DNA of 32,716 bases from Chiloscyllium plagiosum (taxonomy: Eukaryota), in the NCBI RefSeq assembly GCF_004010195.1, contig NW_025214213.1, positions 7,607 through 40,322 on the forward strand, read 5' to 3'. Within the stretch, counting starts at the first letter, position 1. The number at the start of each line of letters is the position of its first letter. Of this stretch, positions 11,048-22,459 are shown piece after piece. The notes beneath the pieces were generated by a model. It had not been told where the DNA came from and made no database searches. It saw only the letters and a list, made by a program, of their open reading frames with translations. The position numbers and the translations under genes were made by a program.

Positions 11048-13535
11048 GAACCCTTTGAATCCGCTCCTACTCTGCTCATTAGCAACGGCAGCTCAACACA
11101 CACTCAAGCTGTCTCCCTGGCAACGGCCTGGGAGCCCAACCCAATCTCGTCCTTTATCAACGACCTGCTAACCCATCCTCCCTGTTTTCAAGAAAAGGCC
11201 TCTGAACCAATCACCACACTGTTCCCATGATAATGTCCTGCAATACCGTTTCCGTTCTGTGCTGCTTCCAACGGCCTCTGAACCCTTCACCGCTCCGTTC
11301 GCCTGGCAACAGTCTGTGACACCATCCACCCTGTTTCCCGAGCAACATCCTGTGATCCCATTCCAACTGTGTCCCCCAATCATTGGCCTGTTAGCCTATC
11401 CACATTATGTTCACCCAGCAACGACTTGTGATATATCCCTATTCTGTTCTCCTTCCCACAGTCTGTGAGCTCATCCCAACTCTTTTCTCCTAGCAACTGC
11501 TTATCAAACCATTCCCAATCTATTATAGTAACGCCCTTTGCCCCCATATCCACTCTCTACTCCTCGCAACGTCCTTTGGACACATGCCCGCTCTGTTCCC
11601 TTATCAACAGCATGTGACCCTATCCCCACGCTGCTTCCCTTGCAATAAGCCATGACCCCTTACCAATTCTGTTCCCCGATAACGGCCTGTTAGCTCATTC
11701 ATGCACTTTTCTCTTGGAAATCTCTAGTGATCCCATACCAAATCTGTTCCCCTCGCCACGACCTACGAACCTATGCCCAAACTTTTCACCAGGTGATGGC
11801 GTTTGATATCATACCTACTCTTTTCTGCCAGCAACGTCCCGTGTTCATCCCAACTCTGCTTGCTTTGCAACGTCCTGTGATTCCATAAACTCTCTGTTCT
11901 CCTACCCTGTCACCCCCTCCCTACTCAGTACTTCTAAAAACTACCTGTAAACCTACATGCACACTATTCCCCTAGTAGCTGCCTGGGACCCCATTTCTAT
12001 TCTTTTGTCAAAGTAAGGGCATGTAAACCCATTCCCATTCTCTTCTTCTGTCAACTGCCTGTCAACCGATCAATACAGCATTGTCCTGGCAACGTTCTGT
12101 GAACATATCCCAATTATGCTCCCTTTGCAACATTCCCTGAAACCATCCTCACGCTGCTCTCCAAGCAAAAGCCTGTGAAACAATCATTATTCTCTTCCCT
12201 ACGGAACAGCCTGTGATACAATCCGCACTCTGTTTTCCTGGCAACAGCCTGTGAAACAGTTCCCAATGTCTTACCCTGGCAACGGCCTGAAAAACCATCT
12301 GTACTCTGTTCTCCGAGCAATTTCTGTGCCCCCATCCGGACTCTGCTCTCCCCGCAAAGTCCTGTGAACCCATCCTTACTGTGCTAGTCTAGTAATGTCT
12401 TGTGACACCATCCCCAATCTGTTCACCAAGGAAATACTTGTGATCACGTGCCAAATGTGTTCTCTGAGCAACGATCTGCGAAACCATTCCCACTCTGTTC
12501 TCCCAGCAACAGCCTCAGAACTCATTCCTACTCTTTCCCCATAGCAACCCCCTTTAAAACCGTTCACATTACGTTCCGCTGGTGACGTCCTGTCAATGCA
12601 TTCTCACTCTGTTCTCCCAGCAAGGGCCTTTGAACCCATCCCCACTCTGTTCTCCTAACGACAGCCAGTGAGCCAACTCCCACATTTCCCCAACAACAGC
12701 CTGTCAATCCTACTGTGTTTCCCTAGCTACAGCCTGTGAACCAATTCCCACTCTGTACCCGTAGCAACTGCCTGTGAACCGATCCCCATTCTTTTCCACT
12801 GGCAACGGCCTGTGAACCAATCCCGACACTGTTCTACTATAAAAAAATCGTGAGCCCATTTACACACTTTTCTCCAAACAACGGCCTGTGAACGCAAACC
12901 GAGCGTGTTTCCCTAGCGACTGCAGTTGAATCCATAAACAGTTTACTAGCCACAGACTGAGACCCCGTCCCCTCAGTGTTACATTAGCAATGGCCTGTGA
13001 ACTCATGTCATCTCTGTTCTCCAGCTAACGTCCTGAGAAACAATTCGCGAACTGTACTCCCAACAATTGCCTGTGAACCCAATGCTACTCAGTTCAGCTA
13101 GCAACGTCTGTGACCCCATCCACACTCCATTAACCCAGCACCGGTCTCTGAGGCTATCTTCAAACTGTGCAGCGAACAGATGCCTGTGAACCCTTTACTA
13201 CAATGTTCATCTTGTAGCGGACTTTAAGCTCATCCATACTCTGATACCCTAGCAACGGTATTGAAACCCATCCCCACTTTTTTTCATCAAACGTCCTTTG
13301 AAGACATTCCCCTTTGTGCTCCTGACAAATGCCTGCGAACCCATCGCACTTCTGCTACCCAAGCAACATCCGGTGAATCCATCTCTAGTCTGTTTCCCCA
13401 GCCACAGCCATTGAACCAATCTCCAGTCTTGTTCCATGGCATAATCTTTGAACCCATTCCCATTCTCTTCTCTTAGCAACGGCCTGTAAATACATTGCCA
13501 CATAGTTCCTATGGCAGTGGCCGGTGATTTCACTC
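11046..13535 (+). repeat. Satellite B, block 1: diverged 38-bp tandem unit, approximate consensus GCAACGGCCTGTGAACCCATCCCCACTCTGTTCTCCCA
   Basis: GCAAC(G/A)GCCTGTGAA and CACTCTGTT motifs recur about every 38 bp; strong C>G skew on +. Confidence 0.93.
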
Positions 13536-16500
13536 AAAGAGTCATAGAAATGTACAGCATGGAAACAGACCTTTCCCTCCAACCTGTCCAGCCGACCAGA
13601 TATCCCTACCCAATCTAGTCCCACCTGCCACCACCCGGCCCATATCGTTCTAAACCCTTCATAATCATATACCCATCCAAATGCCTCTTAAATGTCGCAA
13701 GTGTACCAGCGTCCACCACTTCCTCTGGCAGCTCATTCCATACATGTACCACTTTTTGGCCTCTTTAATATCTTTCCCCTCTTAACCTAAACCTATGCCC
13801 TCTTGTTCTGGACTTCCCGATACCAGGGAGAAGACTTTGTCTATTTATCCTATCCATGCTCCTCATAAATTTGTAAGCCTCTATAAGGTAATCTCACGCC
13901 TCCGACGCTCCAGGGAAAACAGCCCCAGCCAGTTCAGCCTCTCCCTATAGCTCAAATCCTCCAACATGGCAACATCTTTATAAATCATTTCTGAACCCTT
14001 TCAAGTTTCAGGACATCTTTCCGATAGGAAGGAGACCAGAATTGCAAGCAATACTCCAACCGTGGCTTAACTATTGTCCTTTTCAGCCGCAACATGACCT
14101 CCCAACTCCTGTACCCAATACTCTGACCAAAGGAACGCATACCAAACGCCTTCTTCACTATCCTCTCTATCTGCGACTCCACTTTCAAGGAGCTATGAAC
14201 CTGCACTCCAAGGTATCGTTGTTCATCAACATTCCCTAGGACCTTATCATTAGGGTTATAAGTCCTGCTAAGATGTGCTTTCCCAAAATGCAGCACCTTA
14301 CATTTATCTGAATTAAACTCCATCTGCCACTTCTCAGCCCATTGGCCCATCTGGTACAGATCCAGTTGTAATCTGAGGTAATCTGTAATCTCTTCGCTGT
14401 CCACCACACCTCCAATTTTGTGTCATCTGCAAACTTAATTACTGTACCTGTTATATTCGGATTCAAATCATTTGTGTAAATGACAATAAGTATAGGACCC
14501 ATCACCGATCCTTGTGGTACTCCAGTGGTCACAGGCTTCCAGTCTGAAAAAACAACCCTCCACCACCACTCTCTGTCTTCTACCTTTAAGACAGTTCTGT
14601 ATCCAAATGGCTAGTTCTCATTTTATTCCATGAGATCTAACCTTGCTAATCAGTCTCCCATGGCGAACCTTGTCGAACGCCTCACTGAAGTCCATATAGA
14701 TAACATCTACTGCTCTACCCTCATCTATCTTCTTTGTTACTTCTTCGAATAACTCAATCACGTTTGTGAGACATGATTTCCCACGCACAAAGCCATGTTG
14801 ACTATCCCTAATCAGTCCTTGCCTTTCCAAATACATGTACATCCTGTCCCTCAGGATTCCCTCCAACAACCTGCCCACCACAGACGTCAGGCTCACTGGT
14901 CTATAGTTCCCTGGCTTGTCTTTACCACCCTTCTTAAACAGTGGTACAACGTTTGCCAACCTCCAGTCTTCCGGTACCTCACTTGCGACTATCAATAATA
15001 CAAACATCTCAGCAAGAGGCCCAGCAATTACTTCTCTAGCTTCCCACAGAGTTGTCGGTTGCACCTGATCAGGTCCTGGGGATTCATCCACGTTTAACCG
15101 TTTCAAGACACCCAGCACTTCCTCCTCTGTATCCGGACGTTAAGCAAGATGTCACCATCTATTTCCCTACAGTCTATGTCTTCCATATCCTTTTCCACAT
15201 TAAATAAATGGGCGGCACGGTGGCACAGTGGTTAGCACTGCTGCCTCACAGCGCCAGAGACCCGCGTTCAATTCCCGCCTCAGGCGACTGACTGTGTGGA
15301 GTTTGCACGTTCTCCCCGTGTCTGCGTGGGTTTCCTCCAGGTGCTCCGGTTTCCTCCCACAGTCCAAAGATGTGAAGGTCTGGTGAATTGGCCATGCTAA
15401 ATTGCCCGTAGTGTTAGGTAAGGGGTCAATGTTGGGGCGGTGGGGCGGTGTGGACTTGTGGGGCCGAAGGGCCTGTTTCCACACTGTATGTAATCTAATC
15501 TAATCTAAAATACTAATGCAAAATATTCATTTAGTACCTCCCCCATTTTCTGTGGCTCCACACAAAGGCCTTGCTGATATTTGAGGGGCCCTATTCTCTC
15601 CCTAGTTACCCTTTGGTCTTTAATATATTTGTAAAAACCCTTTGGATTTTCCTTAATCCTATTTGACAACGCGATCACATGTCCCCTTTTTGCCCTTCTG
15701 ATTTCCCTCTTAAGTATACTCCTACTTCCTTTATACTCTTCTAAGAATTCACTCGATCTATCCTGTCTATACCTGACATATGCTTCCTTCTTTTTCTTAA
15801 CCAAACTCTCAGTTTCTTTCGTCATCCGCTGTTCCCTATACCTACCAGCCTCCCCTTTCACCCTGACAGGAATATACTTTATCTGGATTTTTGTTGTCTC
15901 ATTACTGAAGGCTTCCCATTTTCCAGCCATCACTTTATCTGCGAACATCTGCCTCCGATCAGCTTTCGAAAGTTCTTGCCTAAAACCGTCAAAATTGTCC
16001 TTTCTCCAATTTAGAACTTCAACTTTTTGATCTGGTCTATCCTTTTCCATCGCGATGTTACAAGGAATAGAATTATGGTCGGTTGTCCCAATGTGTTCCC
16101 CCACTGACACCTCAGTCACCTGCCCTGCCTTCTTTCCCAAGTGTAGGTCAAGATTTGCACCTTCTCTCGCAGGTACATCCACTTACTGAAGCAGAAAATT
16201 GTCTTGTCCGCACTTAAGAAATTCCTCTCCATCTAAACCTTTAACACAATGGCAAGTTTGGCAAGTTAAAATCCCCAACCATAACTACCCTATTATTCTT
16301 ACAGATAGCTGAGACCTCCTTACAAGTTTGTTTCTCAATTTCCCTCTGACTATTAGGGGGTCTATAATACAATCCCAATAAGGTGATCATCTTTTCTTAT
16401 TTCTCAGTTCCACCCAAATAACTTGCCTGTATGTACTTCCGGGAATATCCTCCCTCAGCACAGCTGTAATGCTATCCCTTATCAAAAATGCCACTCCACT

Positions 16501-17128
16501 TCCTCTCTTGCCTCCCTTTTTTTATCCTTCCGGTAGCATTTGTATCCTGGATCATTACGCTGCCAGTCCTGCCCTTCCCTGAGCCATGTTTCCGTGATTA
16601 CTATGATATCCCAGTCCCAAGTTCCTAACCATGCCCTGAGTTCATCTGCCTTCCCTGTTAGACCCCTTGAATTGAAATAAATGCAGTTTAACTTATTAGT
16701 CCTACCTTGTCACTGCCTACCATGACTGTTCGATTCACATCTATTCTCAACTGTACCAGCCTCAGATTGATCTCCTTCCTCACTACCTCCCTGTGTCCCA
16801 CAACCCCCACTCCCCCGTCCCCGCCCCCTCGGCAGATCTAGAAAATTTCCCAGCAGTATATTAGTCCCCTTCCAATTTAGGTGAAATCCGTCCTTCTTGT
16901 ACAGGTCACTTCTAACCCAAAAGAGGTTCCAATGATCCAAAAATGTGAATCCTTCTCCCATACACCAGCTCCTCAGCCATGCATTTATCTGCTGTATCCT
17001 CCTATTCCTGCCCTCACTCGCTCGTAGCGCTGGGAGTAATCCAGATATTACTGCCCTTGAAGACCTCCTTTTTAAATTTCTGCCTAACTCTCTGTAATCT
17101 CCCTTCAGAATCTCAACTTTATTCCCTC
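13536..17128 (-). mobile_element. Decayed CR1-clade (HER1-like) LINE: ORF1 C-terminus, full-span ORF2 and 3' UTR, tail class (CTATGACT)n; contains a nested SINE
   Basis: Minus-strand peptides LYKKDGFHLNWKG (ORF1), LNCIYFNSRGL (ORF2 start), PGNYRPVSLTSVVG, QHGFVRGKSCLTN, YMDFSEAFDKV, GVPQGSVMGP and KFADDTK. Candidate 5-bp TSD CACTC (13531-13535 and 17129-17133), with satellite phase preserved. Confidence 0.94.
15210..15508 (+). mobile_element. Full-length HE1-like V-SINE nested in LINE
   Basis: A box TGGCACAGTGG, B box GTTCAATTCC, V-domain TGTGTGGAGTTTGCACGTTCTCCCCGTGTCTGCGTGGGTTTCCTCC, 3' GGGCCGAAGGGCCTGTTTCCACACTGTA, tail (TAATC)3; candidate TSD AAATA. Confidence 0.94.
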
Positions 17129-18600
17129 CACTCTAAATCTATTATTCTAGTGGTGGACTGTGAAGCTATCCACACTCTGTTCTCTTAGCAACAGCCTATG
17201 AACGCATCCCCACTGCTCTACAAACAATGGCCTGTGAACACCCCCCCACTTATTTCACTTTGCAATAGTGTATTAACTCATGCTCACCCTGTTCCCCTCG
17301 CGGCGACTTAAGACCCCATTCCCACTCTCGTCTCCCACCAAAAGCCTGTTCACCCAACAGCATAGTATTCCCCTAGCCACGTGCTGTGAACGTATACCCA
17401 CTCGGTTCCCATAGCAACGGCTTCTGAACCCATTTCTGTTCTGTTCCCCCTCGCAATGGCCTGTGACCCATTACCATTCTCTTCTCCGAGCAACGGCCTG
17501 TCTTCCATTCCAACGCTGCTCTCGCAGCAAATTTTTGAGGACCCATCCGAACATCCCTCTAGAAACGGCCTGCATCCCATCCTTACACTATTTACCTATC
17601 AGTGACGAATGACCCCGTTCTGACTCTTTTCACCAAGCAAAAGCCTGTCAACCCATCGTCGAGTATTCTTTGAGCCACGTCGTGTGTACATACACCCAAT
17701 CAGTTCTCATAGCAATGGCCTGTGAATCAATCGACATTGTTTTCCGAGCAACGTCTTCTGAATCGATGCCCACTCTGTTTCCCTCGCAACGCCTGTTCCA
17801 CCAGCAACACCCTGTAATCCTTTCCCCAGACTGTACCCTTAGCTATGGCCTGAGTCGCAACCTTTATATGACCTTTCAGCAACTACCCGTGAATTGATCA
17901 CCGCTTTGTTCTCCTAACAACAGCCTGTTACCCCATATCGGCACTGTACCCCTAGTAAACGCCAATAAGCCAATCCTCATTGCATTCCCTTCACAACTGC
18001 CTCTGAAACAATGACAACTTTGTTCTTCTTGCGACGTCCTGTGAACCCATTGCCACACGGTTTTCTGAGAAATGGACTGTGCGTATATTCCAACCCTGTT
18101 CTCCTGGTAACAGCCTGTAAAACCATATTCAGACTGTTTCCCGAGCAATGGCCTATGAACCAATCCCCAATCTGTTCTCCGAGCACTGGCCTGTGAAGCC
18201 ATCCTCGCATGGTTCCCCTCGCAACACCGCGTCACCACTCTGTTTTCATAGAAACAGCCTGTGGTTCCAAACCCCACTCTGATCTCGCATTACTCTGTTC
18301 CACTAGCTATGACCTTTGAACTCATGCCGACTCTATTTCTCTCGCAAACATTGTGAGCCAATTCTCACCCTGTTCTCTTAGCAATGGCCTGTCAACATAT
18401 CATCATTGTTCACCAAGCAACAGCCTGCGAACATATAACTACAGTGTTGTCCGTCCAACAGCCTGTAATCCATCGCCACACTGTTATGCTAGAAACGTCC
18501 TGTGAACCTATCCCCTCTCTGTTCTCCGAGCAACGTCTTTTTAAACCAATCCTGCTCTCTGCCCCAAGCAACAGCATGTGACCCAATCTCTACACTGCTT
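17129..18600 (+). repeat. Satellite B, block 2
   Basis: Same 38-bp periodic unit. Confidence 0.92.
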
Positions 18601-21600
18601 CAAAGAATACAGAATACGGCAAATTACACGACAGGAGCAGGCCCTTCGACCCTCCAGGCCTCCGATGATCTAAATCCTCTGTAGAACCTGTCAGCTGTTT
18701 TCCAAGGATTTGTATGCCTCTGCTCCCAACCCATTCATGTATCTGTCGAGATATATCTTAAATGACGCCATCGTGCCCGCCTCTATGACCTCCGCTGGCA
18801 ACACATTCCGGGTTCCCACCACCTTCTGCATAAAGAACGTTCCACGCATATTTCCTAAAAACATTTCCCCTCTCACTTTGAACTCGTGAACACGATTAAT
18901 GGAGTTCCCCATTCGGTGTAAAATCATTTTACTATACACCATGTCTATAACTCTCAAGATATCGTAGACTTCAATCTCGACTCCACTCAACTTTTGTCTT
19001 TCTAATAAAAATTATCCCAATCTACTCAACTCGCCTTCATCGCTCGTGCTCACCATACCAACAATATCCTGGTGGAACTCCTCTGCCCCTTGCCATAGCA
19101 TCCATAACGTTTGATAATGCGGCGACCAGAACTGCATGCAGTATTCAAAACGTGGCCGAAATAAAGTCCAAAGTACTGGAATATGATCCACCAACTTTTG
19201 TACTCAATACCCCGTCCAAAGAATGCCATATATCTCCTTGGCCACTTCATCGACCTGCATTGCCAACTTCAGGTTACAAGGGACCTGAAAGCCCAGGTCT
19301 CTCTGAACAACAAATTTTCCCAGGGCTTTTCCATTTATCATGCATTTCGCTCTCGAATTAGATCTTCCAGAATGCATTACCTCGCATTTGCCTATATTGA
19401 ACTCCTTCTCACACTTCTCTGGCCAAATTTCCAATCTATCTATATTCTGCTGCGTTCTCTGACAGCCCTCTTCGCTCTCTGCTGACAATCTTAGTGTCAT
19501 CTGCAAACGTGCGAATCATATCACTTATACGTTTCTCCAGATCATTTATGCATATCACAAACAAAAGTGGTCTCAGCATGAATCCCAGTGGAACAACACT
19601 GGCCACAGTTATCCATTTTGAAAAACTCCCTTCCACGACTAGTCTGACTCCTGCTGTCCAGGAAGACAGTGGACCCTGGACTCCATGCAACTTCAATTTC
19701 TCCATCGTCCTACTGCAGCGACCCTTATCAAACGCCTTACTGAAATGCATGCATATGACGTCTACATCACTTCCCTCATCAATTAACTTTGTTACCTCCT
19801 CAAAGTATACTGTTAATTTGGTAATACATGACCTTCCCTGGAAAAACCATGCTGCCTATCACTGATAATCCGATCTTCTTCCAAATGATAACACATTGTA
19901 TCCCTCACTATCTTCCCCAGAAGCATCCCTACCACTGACACCAGGCTCATCACTCTACACTTTCCTGAATTATCCTTGCAACACTTCTGAAGCAAGGGGA
20001 ACATGTTAACAATTCTCCAGACCTCTGGGATATCACCTGTGTTCATTGGGGCTGGAAAGACATCTGTGAAGGCCCCAGATATTTTTGCTCTTGCCTCCCT
20101 CAGTAGCCTGGGCTGGATCCCAGCAGGACTGGGGAATCATCCACCTTAACGTCTTTTATAATACCCAATACCTATCCTCCCCACTCATGCCAACTTGCGT
20201 GACAGCGATTCCTAAACTCAACAACCATCATGTCCCTCTCCTCGGTGAATACCGTTGCAAAGCACTCAATAAGAATCTCACCAATTTGCTCTCACTCCAT
20301 TCAAAACTTCGCGCCTTTGTCCTTGAGTGTGCCAACCCGTTCTCTAGTTTCCCTCTTGCTCCTTATACACGAATAAAAGGTTTTGGGATTTTTCGTAACC
20401 CTGGTTAGCCGTCTTCAGTCCTCGTTGCAAATTAGTCCTAAATTCCCGATATGCTTCCAAAGCTTCGTCTGTTTGCCTTCACCTGGACCTCATATATGCT
20501 TCATTTTTCCTCTTAGCTGCTGTCACAATTTCACCTGTCATCCACTACCCCAAATCTTGCAATTTCTATACCTCACTTTCATAGCGAAGTGTCTGTCCTG
20601 GACTGCAATCAATGTCTATTTTAAAGTCTTCCAAATATTAAATGTGGATTTACCTTCAAACAGCTGCACGCAACCCATTTTTCCTAGCTCCTGCCGAATT
20701 TTGCTGTAGTTGGTCTTCCCACAATTTAGCACTCTTCCTTTTGGACTATTCTCGTCTTTGTCCATAAATATTCTAAAACCTTGGGGAAATTATTCATAAT
20801 GCCCAAAGTATTCCCCTACCGAAACTTAAAAAAACTGGCTGGGCTCATTCTACCGACAATGTCCAATATGGCCCTTCCCGTGTTAATCTATTTACATACT
20901 GTTCGATAAAATCTTCCTGGATGCTCCTTACGAATTCTCCTAAGACTAAACCTTTAACTCTAATTGAGTCCCAGTTGGGAAAATCAAACTCTCCCATTAC
21001 GACCATCTTGTTGCTTCTATATCTTTCCATAATCTGTTTACATATGTGTAACTCTATCTCACGCTCACTGTTGGGAGGACTGTCGTAAAAACCCAGCATT
21101 GTTACTGTCCCCTTCCTATTTCTCTGTTCTGCTCATACTGCCTCACTGCGCGAATTCTCGCTGATGCTCTCCTTTAGCTTAGTTGTGATACCCACTCTGA
21201 ACAGTAAAGCAAATCCTCAAACCTTCTTACCTCTCTCTCTATCACACCTGAGACAGCTATATCGTGCGCTGCTTCGGTGCCAATCTTGCCCATTCCTCAA
21301 CCATGACGCAGTAACAACAATAACATCACACTCCCAGGTTCTAATCCAAGACTTACCTCCTACACTGCTCGCATGTAAGCAAAATCACCTCAGACCATCT
21401 GTCACTTCACATTAATCATCTGCTCCCTGCCTACATTTCCCCTCCGTCACACGCACTTCATTACCTAGTTCCTTACAGGCTTTCTTTACAATCTCCTTAC
21501 TGCCAACAAACCTCCTGATTTTGTTCTCATCCCGCTGAAATATTCGGTTAAATCATTCCCAACAAAAGCACCCCCAAAGGAACTGCTCCAGTCCGGCCTA

Positions 21601-21732
21601 GGCGTAGACCATCGAGTTTGTAATTGTTTCACCTCCCCGAAAACCAATACCAATGTCCCAAAAATCTGAACCCCTTCCTAATTTTTCATTTCACAAGCCA
21701 TGCATTCATCCTGACTATTATCGCATTTCTTA
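18601..21732 (-). mobile_element. Heavily decayed CR1-clade LINE (ORF1 C-terminus, ORF2 with deletions, 3' UTR); same 3' UTR class as 2297-3815
   Basis: Minus-strand peptides YKLDGLRL (ORF1 block V remnant), VVMGEFDFPNWD, QHGFSREG, MHFSKAFDK, TFADDTK and LFRPRFEYCMQFWSPHY; tail GTATTCTGTATTCTTTG. Confidence 0.92.
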
Positions 21733-21737
21733 CGGCT

Positions 21738-22300
21738 TGGAACGACTTACCAGGGGAAAGCAGTGGGGCACAGAGCTCTGGCACAGAGTCTGTCCCTAAT
21801 GCTCAGAAGGGAAGGGGGAACGGGAACAGAGCAGTAGTCATTGGGGACTCCATAGTTAGGGGGGCAAATAGGAAGTTATGTCGGGACGAGAAAAACTCAC
21901 GGTTGGTGTATTGTCTCCCAGGTGCCAGGGTTCGTGATGTATCTGATCTTGTTTTTGTGATCCTTAAGAGGGAATGGGAGCAGCCCCAAGTCGTGGTCCA
22001 CATAGGCACCAACGATATAGGTAGGAAGAGAGTTTGGGATTTAAGGTAGAAATTCAGAGAGCTAGGATGGAAGCTGAGAGCCAGGACGAACTGAGTTTTT
22101 GTCTCTGGTTTGTTGCCAGTGCCACGTGCTAGTGAGGTGAGGAATAGGGAGAGAGAGGAGTTGAGCAACGTGGCTACTGGGATGGTGCAGGAGAGAGGGT
22201 TTTGGAGTCTTGGATAATTCGGGTTCTTTCAGGGGTAGGTGGGACCTCTACAAGAAGGATGGTCTTTATTTGAACCAGAGGTGTACCAATATCCTGCGTG
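21738..22300 (+). pseudogene. LINE ORF1 SGNH/GDSL esterase domain remnant
   Basis: Block I GDS (21843-21851), block III GTND (22005-22016), premature TAG at 22047-22049, block V DGLH changed to DGLY (about 22258-22269). Esterase-bearing ORF1 is established for CR1/L2-group LINEs. Confidence 0.85.
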
Positions 22301-22459
22301 GTGGGGGGGGGGGGAAGGAATTCTCTAAGGCTATTGGGTTGGGTTTAAACTTACCCAGCAGGGGGATGGGAACCAAAATTGTAGTTCGAGTATAGAAAAG
22401 GTTGAACGAAGGGAGGTCCGAAATCAAGGTTCAGGGACGCAAAATGGTACCAGCAAGCA

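Noticed and set aside
15210..15285. tRNA gene
   Set aside because: The A and B boxes belong to the SINE head and continue into the V-domain and LINE-like tail; the same holds for the other two copies.
21624..22049. 141-aa ORF containing SGNH motifs as a possible host or chimeric esterase gene
   Set aside because: Non-ATG start in the antisense strand of the neighbouring LINE; reads across the junction and stops before block V, whose catalytic His is mutated.
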